From: an uncultured Lachnospiraceae bacterium | GTDB taxonomy: Bacteria > Bacillota > Clostridia > Lachnospirales > Lachnospiraceae | Assembly: GCA_949484645.1 (NCBI GenBank) | Contig: CASYOT010000002.1 | Coordinates: 66,912-130,911, forward strand | Length of the DNA: 64,000 nt | Direction of reading: 5' to 3' | In this document: positions 38,338-50,800 of the stretch, piece by piece | How positions within the stretch are numbered: the first letter of the stretch is position 1 | Layout of the letters: the number at the start of each line of letters is the position of its first letter | Translations under genes and position numbers: made by a program | Notes under the pieces: model-generated | Database searches by the model: none | What the model was told of the DNA's origin: nothing | Seen by the model: only the letters and a program-made list of their open reading frames with translations

Positions 38338-39138
38338 ATGAAATACAAGAAAACATTGTTACTTGTCGTACTTTTTCTCTTTATGTATGGGGCAGGCGCA
38401 GGGGCTGCTAAAATCGTAGATGTTTTTAGCGGCTCTCCGTTTATACGGGGAGAGACAGAAAACTGGGGGCTGGGATTTGGGACGGAAGGGACGGCGCCGA
38501 CGGGAAACGTCAGTTCCGAAGAATTGGAAAAATACGATGCGTATTATATGGGGGACGCATCAGAAAAGAAAATCTATCTGACGTTTGACTGCGGTTATGA
38601 AAATGGAAACACGGAAAAGATATTAGATGCATTGAACAAACATGATGCAAAAGGGACGTTTTTTGTGGTGGGAAATTTTTTGGAAACTGCTCCTGAGATT
38701 GTGAAACGGATGCAAAAAGAGGGGCATTTGGTCGGAAACCATACTTACCACCATCCCGATATGTCGAAAATCGGAGATTTAGAATCGTTCCGCAAAGAAA
38801 TGGAGGACGTGGAGACGCTTTATCAGGAAATCACGGGAGAAAAGATGTTAAAACTGTACCGTCCGCCACAGGGAAAATTCAATTCCGATAATTTAGAGAT
38901 GGCAAAGCAGCTTGGATACCACACTTTTTTCTGGAGCCTTGCTTATGTGGACTGGTATGAAGAAAAACAGCCGACGCCTCAAGAAGCTTACAGCAAACTG
39001 CTTCCCAGAATCCATTCGGGAGCGGTCGTGCTTTTACACGCGACTTCTAGGACAAATGGAGAGATTTTAGATGAGCTTTTGACAAAATGGGAAGATCTTG
39101 GCTATACATTTGGGTCTTTAGAGGAATTTTTGGAGTGA
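38338..39138 (+). CDS. Polysaccharide deacetylase (NodB homology domain; PdaA-like, sporulation-associated candidate)
   Basis: Signal peptide. TFDCGYE, HTYHHPD and LLHA NodB motifs. Confidence 0.75.
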   Translation: MKYKKTLLLVVLFLFMYGAGAGAAKIVDVFSGSPFIRGETENWGLGFGTEGTAPTGNVSSEELEKYDAYYMGDASEKKIYLTFDCGYENGNTEKILDALNKHDAKGTFFVVGNFLETAPEIVKRMQKEGHLVGNHTYHHPDMSKIGDLESFRKEMEDVETLYQEITGEKMLKLYRPPQGKFNSDNLEMAKQLGYHTFFWSLAYVDWYEEKQPTPQEAYSKLLPRIHSGAVVLLHATSRTNGEILDELLTKWEDLGYTFGSLEEFLE

Positions 39139-39292
39139 CAAAACGCCGCGGCAGGGACGTATCAGACGTTCTTGCCGCTTTTTTTATGTTTATTTAACAA
39201 AATAAATATAAAACTATTCAATATATAAAATATAATTGACAAAATGGATGGCAATATGATAAGATGCAAAATAGAAAAAAGGAGGGGTTCAT

Positions 39293-39835
39293 ATGACGGA
39301 ATATGATTCAGGTTATTTGATAGGGGCAATGTTCGGCGTGATTTTGGCTTGCGCAGCGCTTGCGGCCATGTTTGGCGTTTTTAGAAAAAAACATTCGTTA
39401 AAGGGCGATTACGACGAAAGACAGCGGCTTGTACAGGGCAAAGGGTTCCATTATGCTTATGAAACGCTTTTTGTCTGTGTGGTTTCGTACATATTATTTG
39501 GCAGTTTCACGGAACCGTTTGTGTCGGGAAAGGCGCTTCTCTTTGCGGGCCTTACCATTAGCGCCCTAGTTTATGTGGCTTATGTCATTTGGAATGACAG
39601 CTACTTTGCATTAAATGACAAGCCGGCAGGCTTTATCTGGACATTTGCGGCAATCGCTGTTTGGAATCTGTTTGAAGGCATACTGGAATTGTCTAATGAC
39701 GGCATGGGAATAGAAAACAGAGATTTAGACTTTGGCATCGTTCAAATAATTACTGGGATAGCGATATTGCTGGTTTTAGCGCTTCTTTTGTTCCGGCGTT
39801 TTTGCAAAAAAGAAGAAACCATGGAGGAAGAATGA
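39293..39835 (+). CDS. Membrane protein, function unknown (four transmembrane segments)
   Basis: 180 aa, hydrophobic. Stop overlaps the start of the downstream XRE regulator. Confidence 0.5.
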   Translation: MTEYDSGYLIGAMFGVILACAALAAMFGVFRKKHSLKGDYDERQRLVQGKGFHYAYETLFVCVVSYILFGSFTEPFVSGKALLFAGLTISALVYVAYVIWNDSYFALNDKPAGFIWTFAAIAVWNLFEGILELSNDGMGIENRDLDFGIVQIITGIAILLVLALLLFRRFCKKEETMEEE

Positions 39836-40041
39836 AAAATTTAAGGTTAAAAGCGGCACGGGCAGGGCTTGACCTTTCCCAGCAGGAACTGGCGGAAAAA
39901 GTGGGCGTGACGAGACAGACGATTAGCGCGATCGAAAAAGGAGACTATAACCCGACGATTCATCTATGTATTGCAATCTGCAAAGCGCTTGGCAAGACGT
40001 TAGATGAATTGTTTTGGCAGGAAGATGGCAAAACATCTTAA
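39832..40041 (+). CDS. XRE-family helix-turn-helix transcriptional regulator
   Basis: LSQQELAEKVGVTRQTISAIEKG HTH motif. Length 69 aa. Confidence 0.8.
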   Translation: MKNLRLKAARAGLDLSQQELAEKVGVTRQTISAIEKGDYNPTIHLCIAICKALGKTLDELFWQEDGKTS

Positions 40042-40117
40042 ATTTCCATGATTTTCCATGTACAAAGAACCTCATTTTTACAAATAGTACATGTAAGAAC
40101 ACTAGGAGGTCTTTGGA

Positions 40118-41533
40118 ATGAAACAGTTTATGGATAGGGATTTTCTGCTTACAACGGAATGCGCAAAAAAGCTGTATCATGGCATTGCAAAACGCTTGCC
40201 GGTTTTGGATTATCATTGCCATATTAACCCAAGGGAAATTGCGGAAAATAGGAAATTTGAGACGATAACACAGGTCTGGCTGGGCGGCGATCATTATAAA
40301 TGGCGGCAGATGCGAGCAAACGGGGTAGAGGAACGCTATATTACCGGCGATGCATCGGACTATGAGAAGTTTATAAAATGGGCAGAGACGCTTGAACAGG
40401 CGGTTGGAAATCCCCTGTATCACTGGAGCCATTTGGAATTGCAGAGATATTTCGGATATAGGGGCGCTTTAAACAGAGAAACGGCAGATGAAGTCTGGCA
40501 GCTCTGCAATGAAAAACTGCGTCAGGATACAATGTCGGCGCGAAGCTTAATTGAAACGTCGAATGTGACATTGATTTGCACGACTGACGATCCGGCAGAC
40601 AGTTTAAAATGGCATAAAGAAATCGCGTCAGATGAAAGTTTTTCTGTTCAGGTTCTTCCGACATTTCGTCCGGATCGCGCGATGCAGATAGAAAAACCGG
40701 ATTATCTTGATTATTTAGAAAATCTGGCTCAGGTGAGCGGAGCGCGGATTCAGTCGTTTGATACATTAATTGAGGCATTGCGGCGCCGAATGGATTTTTT
40801 CGCTGAAATGGGATGCCGGATTTCAGATCATGGGCTTTATTTTGTGATGTGCCGTCCGTCAGGCATAGAAGAAACAGAAGCGGTCTTTCGAAAAAGGCTT
40901 TTGGGAGAATTGCTTACAAAAGAAGAAACGCTGATGTTTCAAACTGCGTTTATGCTGGAAATGGGCAAGGAATATTATGACAGAAATTGGGCGATGCAGC
41001 TTCACTATGGATGCAGGCGTGATAATAACGGCAAAGCTTTCCGGATGCTTGGGGCGGATTCCGGTTTTGACTGCATTTCAGATTTTACGCCGGCAGAGGA
41101 GCTTGCGGAGTTTTTAAATGCTCTGAGTGAGCTTGGAAAACTGCCCAAAAGCATTTTATATTCGCTTAACCCGAATGACAATGCAGTGATTGGGACTCTG
41201 GCAGGCTGTTTTCAGGACGCATCCGCCATCGGCAAAATCCAGCAGGGTTCGGCATGGTGGTTTAATGACCATAAAGAAGGCATGAAAGCGCAGATGACGT
41301 CTCTTGCAAACTTAGGGCTGTTAGGGAATTTTATCGGAATGCTGACGGATTCGAGAAGCTTCCTTTCTTATACAAGGCACGAATATTTCCGCAGAATTTT
41401 GTGCTCACTCATTGGCGGCTGGGTGGAAAATGGGGAATATCCGGCAGACGAAGCGGCTCTTACGCGGATCATTAAAGGAATTTCCTATAACAATGCAGTC
41501 CGGTATTTTGGGTTTTCTGTCGATCCGGCATAA
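40118..41533 (+). CDS. uxaC: Glucuronate (uronate) isomerase
   Basis: FLL...AKKLYHGIAKRLPVLDYHCHINPREIAEN...GDHYKWRQMRANGV matches the UxaC N-terminal signature. Length 471 aa. Confidence 0.9.
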   Translation: MKQFMDRDFLLTTECAKKLYHGIAKRLPVLDYHCHINPREIAENRKFETITQVWLGGDHYKWRQMRANGVEERYITGDASDYEKFIKWAETLEQAVGNPLYHWSHLELQRYFGYRGALNRETADEVWQLCNEKLRQDTMSARSLIETSNVTLICTTDDPADSLKWHKEIASDESFSVQVLPTFRPDRAMQIEKPDYLDYLENLAQVSGARIQSFDTLIEALRRRMDFFAEMGCRISDHGLYFVMCRPSGIEETEAVFRKRLLGELLTKEETLMFQTAFMLEMGKEYYDRNWAMQLHYGCRRDNNGKAFRMLGADSGFDCISDFTPAEELAEFLNALSELGKLPKSILYSLNPNDNAVIGTLAGCFQDASAIGKIQQGSAWWFNDHKEGMKAQMTSLANLGLLGNFIGMLTDSRSFLSYTRHEYFRRILCSLIGGWVENGEYPADEAALTRIIKGISYNNAVRYFGFSVDPA

Positions 41534-41535
41534 TG

Positions 41536-41590
41536 GCAAAAGCGGCAAACCGTCGGGAAAGGACAAGTTTGCCGCTTTTGCTGAAATTTG
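41536..41590 (+). terminator. Intrinsic terminator after uxaC
   Basis: Perfect 15-bp stem gcaaaagcggcaaac...gtttgccgcttttgc. Confidence 0.6.
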
Positions 41591-41698
41591 GCCGAATGTT
41601 TGGGAAAAAGAGTTTCTGTAAGAAAATGCCTGACGGCTCTTGTGTTCCATTTATTTTCAGGTATAATATAAGAAAATTGCTCTGGGGAGGGGAAACTA

Positions 41699-42892
41699 GT
41701 GCGGATTTTAGTATATAAATGGCGGGCATATAACTATGCGGATATCTGTGAAGCGTTTTTGGCGCTTGGCTATGACATTCTTACATACGAGCAGGATTTG
41801 GACAACTATGATGAAGACAGTGAATTTGAAGCTTTACTAGCGAATATGATAGTAGAAGAAGCCTGTGATATGGTGTTTACCGTGAATTACTTTGCGCTCG
41901 TGACGTCTGTCTGTGAAAAAACCCATGTCCCGTATGTGGTTTGGACTTGTGACAATCCACTGATTAGTATGTACCACAAAAATGTGTTTTGTCCCTGCAA
42001 TTATTTTTTTACTTTTGATAAGACTAATTTCCTTGAATTTCGGGAAATGGGCGTTTCCCATATCTGGCATTTGCCTTTAGCAGTGAATACGAAGCGGCTT
42101 GACTATCTTTTAGGGCGTTTTGATGATCAGGCGTTATATGAAAATGACATTGCATTTGTGGGAAGCTTGTATGAGCGGAACAGCTATGACAGGCTGCGTC
42201 CTTCTCTGCCGGAGTATTTACAGGGATATTTTGATGCGGCAATCTGGGCGCAGCAGTGCATAAGCGGCGGCAATATAATAGAAGAAATGCTTCCGGTAGG
42301 CATATTAGAAAGATTACAGCAATATTTTAAGCTGGAAAAATCAGAAGGCTCTTTTTCGGATTTGGGGCTGATCTTTTCCACTACTGTTCTTGGATTTAAA
42401 ACGGCGGCGGAACAGCGGCGGCGCGCGCTGTTAGAACTTTCCAAAAAATATCATGTGACAATTTACAGCAACAGTGACACAAGCGGTTTGTTTAAAGTCC
42501 GTTATGGCGGGTCTTTGGATTATTGGAGCGAAATGCCAAAAGTGTTTGCGGCGTCGAAAATTAATCTGAACTTTACGATTCCAAATATCAAAAGCGGCCT
42601 TCCGCTTCGGATTTGGGATATTTTGGGCAGCGGCGGATTTTTAATGACAAATTTCCAAGCGGAAATTCCTGCTTACTTTAAAAATAAAGAAGATTTAGTT
42701 TGTTTTGAAAGCATAGAAGAATTGTCGGAACTTTCCGGTTACTATCTGGCGCATGAGGAAGAACGCAGGCGGATAGCCGGAAACGGCTATAAAAAAGTGA
42801 AAAAATATCATACATTTGAGCAGAGAATAGAACAAATGATGGAACTTGTAAAAAAAGAAAATGGAGGCGGGAAAAAGTGGAACAAATCATAA
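41699..42892 (+). CDS. CgeB-family glycosyltransferase-like protein (spore maturation protein CgeB family, DUF3880 + GT1-like)
   Basis: 397 aa. Apparent GTG start with a GGGGAGGGG Shine-Dalgarno sequence. C-terminal ...RIAGNGYKKVKKYHTFEQRIEQM is typical of CgeB-like proteins. Confidence 0.55.
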   Translation: MRILVYKWRAYNYADICEAFLALGYDILTYEQDLDNYDEDSEFEALLANMIVEEACDMVFTVNYFALVTSVCEKTHVPYVVWTCDNPLISMYHKNVFCPCNYFFTFDKTNFLEFREMGVSHIWHLPLAVNTKRLDYLLGRFDDQALYENDIAFVGSLYERNSYDRLRPSLPEYLQGYFDAAIWAQQCISGGNIIEEMLPVGILERLQQYFKLEKSEGSFSDLGLIFSTTVLGFKTAAEQRRRALLELSKKYHVTIYSNSDTSGLFKVRYGGSLDYWSEMPKVFAASKINLNFTIPNIKSGLPLRIWDILGSGGFLMTNFQAEIPAYFKNKEDLVCFESIEELSELSGYYLAHEEERRRIAGNGYKKVKKYHTFEQRIEQMMELVKKENGGGKKWNKS

Positions 42893-43860
42893 GGCCGAGA
42901 AGGTTACGGGGCGGGGAGACGCTTCGCAAAATGGTTCGGGAAACGAGAATCAGTAAAGCATCGCTGGTTTATCCGATGTTTGTCACGGAAGGCGAAAATA
43001 TCAAAGAAGAAATCGCTTCCATGCCGGGACAATTCCGCTACAGCATAGAACGCATGGGCGAAAAACTCAGTGAACTGGAACGGGCGGGCGTAACGAATGT
43101 GATGTTTTTTGGGATACCGAAACGAAAAGATGCATATGGCAGTATGGCGTATGCGGAAGACGGGATTGCGCAAAAGGCGTTTGCAAGAGCGAAGCAGGAA
43201 TTTCCCAATCTGTATTTCATCGGCGACGTCTGTATGTGTGAATACACGTCGCATGGACACTGCGGCATTTTATGCGGGAAAGAAGTGGACAATGACGGGA
43301 CGCTTTCCTATCTGGGAAAAATAGCCGTATCCCAAGCGCAGGCGGGCGCGGATATGGTGGCGCCTTCCGATATGATGGATGGAAGGGTTCTGGCAATCCG
43401 TCAGGCGTTAGATGCAAACGGTTTTAGCAATACGCCAATTATGGCATATTCAGCAAAATATGCATCTTCTTTTTACGGCCCATTTCGGGACGCAGCAGAC
43501 AGCGCTCCGGCTTTTGGAGACAGGAAAACGTATCAAATGGATTTCCATAACCGGAAAGAGGCTTTAAAAGAAGCCATGCTTGACATAAAAGAAGGCGCGG
43601 ATATTGTGATGGTAAAACCTGCGATGGCATATGGAGACATTATTTGGGAAGTGAAAGAATGCGCGAATGTTCCGGTGGCATCCTACAGCGTAAGCGGAGA
43701 ATACGCCATGGTTAAGTCTGCGGCTGCCAATGGGTTTATAGAGGAAGAAGGGATCATGTGTGAAATGGCAGCGGCGGCATACCGCGCCGGATCGGATATT
43801 TATATTACATATTATGCGAAAGAATTGGCGGACTGCATAAAACGGGGAAGAATCGGGTAG
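42877..43860 (+). CDS. hemB: Porphobilinogen synthase (delta-aminolevulinate dehydratase)
   Basis: RPRRLR N-terminus, Zn-binding Cys cluster (DVCMCEYTSHGHCG), active-site Lys regions. Length 327 aa. Confidence 0.9.
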   Translation: MEQIIRPRRLRGGETLRKMVRETRISKASLVYPMFVTEGENIKEEIASMPGQFRYSIERMGEKLSELERAGVTNVMFFGIPKRKDAYGSMAYAEDGIAQKAFARAKQEFPNLYFIGDVCMCEYTSHGHCGILCGKEVDNDGTLSYLGKIAVSQAQAGADMVAPSDMMDGRVLAIRQALDANGFSNTPIMAYSAKYASSFYGPFRDAADSAPAFGDRKTYQMDFHNRKEALKEAMLDIKEGADIVMVKPAMAYGDIIWEVKECANVPVASYSVSGEYAMVKSAAANGFIEEEGIMCEMAAAAYRAGSDIYITYYAKELADCIKRGRIG

Positions 43861-43916
43861 CAAACAAGGCGGACTTCAATATATTATTCTAAAAGAATAT
43901 ATTAGGAGCGCTTATT

Positions 43917-44468
43917 ATGGAAGAACAGAAAATGCCTTTGGAAAATCAATGCAGTTTTACAGGCATCCGGCCAGTTATGGTGGATTTGCCTTATCCAAAG
44001 ATTCAGGCAGAGCGTCAAAATCCTGCATACGCCAATCTGCTTAGCAATGACTACTGTGGCGCGGTGTCTGAAATGTCTGCGATCACACAGTACATTAACA
44101 ACGAAAACCGTCTGTCAGCCGTCCAATGTCCCCTTGCAAAGACATTGCTTGGAATTGCAATGGCGGAAATGATGCATTTGCAAAAACTGGGGGAGCTCAT
44201 TGTTTTATTGGGCGGAGAAATCAGTTTTGCGGCGATGCAGCAGAATGGCAGGAGAAAAATGTGGACGCCGGAATACATTACAATTCCGCAACATGCAAGG
44301 CAAATGCTGTCGGCGGACATAGAATCTGAAAAACAAGCGATACGCCAGTACCAGATGCATATGAAAGCGATACAGGATTCGGGCGTGAACGCGTTGCTTT
44401 CACGGATTATTTTGGACGAAGAATATCACATCATGATACTGCATACATTGCTGGACGAAGTGAAATAG
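43917..44468 (+). CDS. Ferritin-like / manganese-catalase-family protein (CotJC-like)
   Basis: 183 aa. Di-iron/Mn ligand motifs in a ferritin-like fold (AEMMHLQKLGE ... EEYHIMILH). Confidence 0.6.
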   Translation: MEEQKMPLENQCSFTGIRPVMVDLPYPKIQAERQNPAYANLLSNDYCGAVSEMSAITQYINNENRLSAVQCPLAKTLLGIAMAEMMHLQKLGELIVLLGGEISFAAMQQNGRRKMWTPEYITIPQHARQMLSADIESEKQAIRQYQMHMKAIQDSGVNALLSRIILDEEYHIMILHTLLDEVK

Positions 44469-44506
44469 ATGGAAGAACAAAAGCAATATGAGTGAAAATC
44501 CATAAG

Positions 44507-44550
44507 GGGACGCCAAGTTTGACGCTGTTCAGGCTTGGCGTTTTTTTGTT
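44507..44550 (+). terminator. Intrinsic terminator
   Basis: Stem acgccaag...cttggcgt followed by T7. Confidence 0.7.
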
Positions 44551-44856
44551 TGTTTTTAATACTCGAAGAATCGTTGACAAAAGAACGTTATGGAAGTATA
44601 ATAAAATAAACCAAAAATCGGCTGTTTTTTTTGTATATTATTTATGAGATGTCCGATCCGAGCCATTCTTCCGAATGTAACAAAGATACAATCGAGGGAG
44701 AGGTTTTTTTATCTATGGAAATCTTCCCTGTATGAGCGGAAATCTCAGAGGTTTTAGCAGAGGACAGGGGATTTTATAAAAGGAACCGCAGACTTACGGG
44801 GTAAACGCCTGCGGTTTGATGTAACTAATCATTTGTTTTAAAAAGGAGGAATTGTA

Positions 44857-47800
44857 ATGAAAGAAACGGGCAGTAAAAGAAAAATACGTTCTTTTATAGC
44901 GGGAACATTGGCTTTTCTGCTGATGGTTACGACTGCATTGTCAGGCTTTCCACCCATTCAGGCGCAAGCGGCTGCGAGGAAAATCTGGCATCGTGTAGAA
45001 ACAGGAAGCGGCAATGGGAATGGGCATGCGTATTCAGATGCATCGACGAATCCGGCAGCCGTATTATTGCATCAGGATAAGATTGAATGGGAGTCGACAT
45101 TTAACGTTACTTATGAAAAACAGGGTGATGCGCCTAATAAAGCGCGGCTGGGGTTTTTCTATTCTTACTTAAATGATTCGAATTGGCTGTACGTAGGATC
45201 GAATCCGGATGGGAGCTGGTATTATGAATATAACTTAGGTGGAAGTACAGGTTATCCGTCATTAGAAGGGCTTCCAGCAATTACGGATACCAGTCGCGCA
45301 GAGATTTCTGTATCGGTAGCCCGCGAGGCATTGACGGTGACAGTAAACGGCGTGAAAGTTCAGGTAGCAAATAAAGATGTTTTTGAAGGTTTAAAGGAGG
45401 CTATCGGCAATGAAGGAAGACCGGGGTTCCGCGCTGGAAAAAATGGGACTGAGCATACGTTCTTCCGTTTTACAGATGCGAAAACCAAAGGCGCTCCCCT
45501 TAGTGATGACGGCTGGAGTTTTTTGGCTGACTGCGAAGGGCAGGTACATAATCAGGAAACGATTCCAGTATATTCCGTGACAGGCGCCGTGAAAGATGGG
45601 AACACTCCGGTTGAAAATGCGGTTGTGCGCGTTGGGGAGGAAAGCGTGAGGACGGCAGCGGACGGTTCGTTTTCTCTTTCGGTGGAACAGGGAACGTATG
45701 TGGTGTCTGTATCTGCATCAGGCTATCAGGCATATTCCCAAGAGAATGTGGAAATAAATGCGGATAAAGATCTGGGAGAGATTGCGCTTACCAAAAAGGA
45801 TGCTGTTAATTACGAGTATTTTATTAGCAATGGAACAATAAAAGCTGCAGTCAGCAACGAATTTCCGCAGGTGTTCCAATATGAATTGACTTTAGGTGAA
45901 GACGGCGCAAAGAAAATATTTGCCGGACAGGAAACCAAATTAACGGAAATGAGAATTGGGGCCTATAATCCTGCTTATGGAGAGGATAAATCGGTTCCGC
46001 AGGTCAATTTAAAGGACATAGAGCCAACCTTAAAAAGTTTTGAAAAAGAAGAGGATCATGCAGTTTATGTGATGAATCTAAAAGACGCAGAAGCGCAGAT
46101 TGATTTTGACATGACAGTGAAGATTTCAGTTTCCGAGAATGATTTAATCTGGGAAGTGACAAATATCACAAAGAATAGCGGCTGTGTGAAAATTAATACG
46201 ATCGACGTGCCGGAATTAAATCTTGTGACGATTACAGACTTACAGGTGGATACCCAGTTTATGGGCGCGGTAATTTCCGGCGATACAAATGCGATCGGCG
46301 ACAGGGAGATTACCTTTGAAGATGGGTTTGTTGCGAACAATTCCGGCGGTTACGCATATGGTTTTTTGTCTGCTGACGGGATTAGCGCAGGCGTATGGAG
46401 TAATTCTGAGATGGTAAGTGACAACCGTCTTGTGCGTAATAACGGCGTGGACAGTATGTCTCTGACAAGCGCGGCATGGTATTATGATTATAATAATGAC
46501 GCGACTTTCAGTTATACAGATTATACGGACGCTACAAAAAATAAAACCCTGACATTTTCGGATTATGATTCTGTAGCGGGCGTAGCGGGCGGCGTTCCTA
46601 TTAGTGAACTGCCTTGCGCAAAGGTATGTTTTGCCGCTGATGAGAATGAGGATAGCGTTGTAGACTGGCAGGACGGCGCGATTGCATACAGGGATATTAT
46701 GAATAACCCGTATGGATCGGAAAACACAAAAGATCTTGTGAATTACCGTATTTCCATGAACTTTAACAGTCAGGCGACAAATCCATATTTAAAGACGGCT
46801 GACAATATTAAAAAAGTATATCTTGCAACGGACGGGCTTCCGCAGGCAGTTATGATGAAAGGATACGGAAGTGAAGGCCATGATTCTGCGAACTCCGAGT
46901 ATGGATATATTGCGGATCGTCTTGGCGGTTTGGAAGAATTGAAGCAGTTGAATACGATTGCGCATAATTATAATGTCCAGATGGGTATTCATATTAATGC
47001 GCAGGAATGTTATCCGGAAGCGCAGACATTTTCTAATGATTTGGTAAATGGCGTTAATTCCCGCGGCTGGGGCTGGTTAGATCAGTCTTATAACATTAAC
47101 CGCGCATATGACTTGGGCAGCGGCCTTCGTTACAAACGTTTATTACAGCTTTATGATCAGTTAAATGACACTTCGCTCTATGCAAATAAATGGCCGGGCG
47201 TTGCTGGCCAAGGTGAAGACGAGACTGTGGCGGACGCAGAGACGATTGCGCGCACAGTTGCAGAGAAGAAAAAGACAACGACGGAAAATCTTGATTTTAT
47301 GTATCTTGACGTATGGTACGGGGCTTCATGGGAGACGCGTAAAATTGCGCAGCAGTTTAACAGTCTGGGCTGGAGATTTTCTACAGAGTTTGGCGATGAA
47401 GGGGAATATGACTCGACATGGCAGCACTGGGCAACAGAAGGCCATTATGGCGGTTCCGCGAAGAAAGGGTTAAACAGTGATGTGATCCGTTTTATCCGGA
47501 ACCATCAGAAAGATTCTTTTGTATTGAACTATCCAAGCTATGGCGGCACAGCGGATAATCCTCTGCTCGGCGGATTTGACCTTGGCGGATTTGAAGGCTG
47601 GGGCGGCAGTAATGACAGTTTTAACGACTATATCATTAAGACATTTTTAGTAAACCTTCCAACTAAATTTTTACAGCATTATAAAGTGTATAAATGGGAA
47701 AATTATGAAGATGGCGGCTCCCCTGTTGGAAACCATGAAAAAGAAATTACGTTAGTAAATGATGATAAAACAGAGAAAGTGGTTGTAACGAGAAATGAAG

Positions 47801-50800
47801 ATCAGATTACAAGCGTAAGCGGCAACCAGAGTTTGGATTATGTAGAGCGGACAATCAAATTAAACGGCAAAAAAGTGCTGGATAATGCAACTTATCTGCT
47901 TCCATGGACAGATTGGGAAACGGATGAAGAAAAATTATACCACTTCAACTATGAAGGCGGCGCAACTACATGGGAATTGCAGGATAGCTGGAAAAACCTT
48001 GGGAGTGTTACGGTTTACGCTTTGACAGATGTAGGAAGAACAGCTAAGAAGACAGTTCCGGTTACAAATGGCAGCATTACGTTAGATGCGGATGCAAAGA
48101 TGCCGTATATTGTTGTAAAAGATGAAACCTCAGAAAAGAAGGAAATCAAAGAGCCATGGAGTGAGCATGCGCATGTAGTGGATTCCGGATTTAATAATTA
48201 CAGCGGCGTAAACGTTGATTTAGGTGAGGAAGGCCCAGAGTGCCCAGAATGTAAGAAAGAAGATAAAACTACAAAAACAAAGTATAATTATTATATGGGA
48301 TCAAAATTCGTGTGTCCGGTATGCAAATACGAGATGGGCGCAGATGCTGCGGATAAGTTCAAATATGAAGAACAGGGAAATCCTTTAGATAAAGAAATTT
48401 GGAGCGGTGACATAAACGATGTGAAGGTCGTGCGCATCGGATCTACGGGAAATAAATATCTTCAGATGGGCAGTGAGACAGAAACACAATCCGTATCTAC
48501 AACAATCTCAGACTTAGAGCCGGGGACGGATTATGTAGCTCAGGTTTATGTGGAAAATAAGAGTGACGCAAAAGCATGGATTAAGGTAACGGGAGGAAGC
48601 GAGGACGTTTCTAACTATACACTGAGATCTCTTGCGGAAAATTATGTACAGTGTGACGCACATAGCAGGAGAGCGGTATCTGGAAGCAGGATGCAAATTA
48701 TGCAGGTTCCTTTTACTGCGGACTCTTCCACAGCGACATTGACTTTAGAACGTGAGGCAGGCGAGGATATCACATATTTTGACGATATTCGTATCGTAGA
48801 TAAAAAAATCAATAATATTCAGGCGGACGGGAGCTTTAAACAGGATTTTGAATCTGTTGTATCGGGAATGTATCCATTTGTATTAGGACCGGCGCAGGGA
48901 GTTACAGACCATGTAACTCATTTGTCTGAGCTTCATGCTCCATATACACAGTCAGGCTGGGGCGGCAAAGAATCCTTAGATGACGTTTTGGAAGGAAAAT
49001 GGTCGTTAAAACATCATGGAAACAATACAGGAATCATTTACCGGACGATTCCGCAGAATCTCCATTTTGAAGCAGGTCAGACGTATAATATCAGTTTTGA
49101 CTATCAGTCAGGTCAAAGAGGTCAATATTATATTGTCATTGGCGAAGGCGACGAAGTGATTCAGACTTTAGATTATATGGAGAATACAGCAGAGAATCCG
49201 TTAGGCGGGCCATCTGAAACAAAGACTTATGAATTTAGGATGGTAGGCGCTGACAGTGGGCAGTCATGGTTTGGTTTAGCAAGCGCGGCGGCATCTCTGT
49301 CAAAAGATGAAAATGATAATATTAAAGCATATGGTTTAGTGGATTTTGTTTTAGATAATCTGGAAGTGAAGAAAGTTGGCGTAAAGATTTCCGCTTCCGC
49401 TTCGACTGTAACGTCAGCCAAAGATCCGATTACATTGACAGCAGAGTTTTCCGATGAATTAGATGAATCTAATCTGGTTACATGGACTTCTTCTGATGAA
49501 AACGTTGTAAAGGTCGTTCCGGACCCGGAAGACAGCAAGATATGTCACGCATATTTTGTAGGTTTTGGGAATGCGACTATTACGATGAGAACTATGGTAG
49601 GAGTGCAAGAAATTGAATTGCCGTGGGCGGTTTCTTTCCCAGAGATTTTTGAACTTCCATCAGAGGAGCAGAAGAAGGCAGAATGGGCAGGGGTTTATGC
49701 AAATACAGAATCTGCGACTGATAATGACACTAAGGAGAAAGCGATTGATGGAGAGTCAGGCACTCAATGGCATTCGCAGTGGGCGTCGCCTGCATTTGTC
49801 GTATCGGAAACGAATCCGGCTCTTTTAACAGTAAAAATTGCAGATGGAGACAATATTTCAAATTACAACAGAGTTACGATACAACAGAGAACTGGTAATG
49901 TTAATGGTTTAGTTAAAAAATATAAATGTGTCGTTGGGGATGAGTTTGACGAAACAACTCATACTGTTTCAGGGAATGTATATACTACGGATGTTATTAC
50001 TGCGAAAAAGACAGGTCAGGGAGAAAGAGAAGTTTGTGTGCTTCCGGCAGGAACTGCTGGTAAGTATTTACAGATTCAGGTACTTGAAGGTGAAGGAACT
50101 TTCGCATCGATTGCAGAACTGGAATTGGATAAAGCAGGCACAAATAATACAGATGAAGAACAAGGTTATTTTGAAGAGAATGGCAGTAGCTGGTCAAATA
50201 AAATAACAGAAGCTCTGGAAGCAACGCTGGAAAATGCAGACGCTGTAGAGAAGGCCGGACGAGGAGATTATTCAGAAGAAAGCTGGGCTGTGTTTGAAGC
50301 GGCTCTAAACGCTGCAAAGGATCGACCGGCAGACGCTACGCCACAGCAATTATTAGAATTGCAGCAGGATCTTGTTTTGGCGATCTCTAATTTAACGGTT
50401 TCATTGGATAAGGCAAGAACGGAATTTGAAAAGGTCTTTGATGAAGCAAAGAACATATATAATGCGGGCCAAGGCAATTATACAGATGCGAGCTGGGAGT
50501 CATTTAAGAAGGTTTATGAAGATGTAGATGTAATAAAAGATTCCCAAGATCCAAAAGTTTTGGTAAAAGGCAGGCAGATGTTAGAAAAAGCTTTGGAAGG
50601 ATTGAAAGAAAAAACTCCAGAACAGATTGAATTTGAGCAGGCGCAGCAAGAATTGAAACAATCTATGGACTCTGCATCAAAGAAGATTAGCGAGGGTCAG
50701 GGAAATTATACGACGACAAGCTGGAAGAAATTAGTCAAAGCATACGAGGATGCAAAAGAAGGGAAAAATTCTGAGGATAAAGAAACGTTGAAAGCATTGA

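Noticed and set aside
44700-44856. c-di-GMP riboswitch upstream of the giant surface-protein gene
   Set aside because: Could not find the GEMM-I (GGCAAACC...GACGCAAAGC) or GEMM-II consensus elements by eye.
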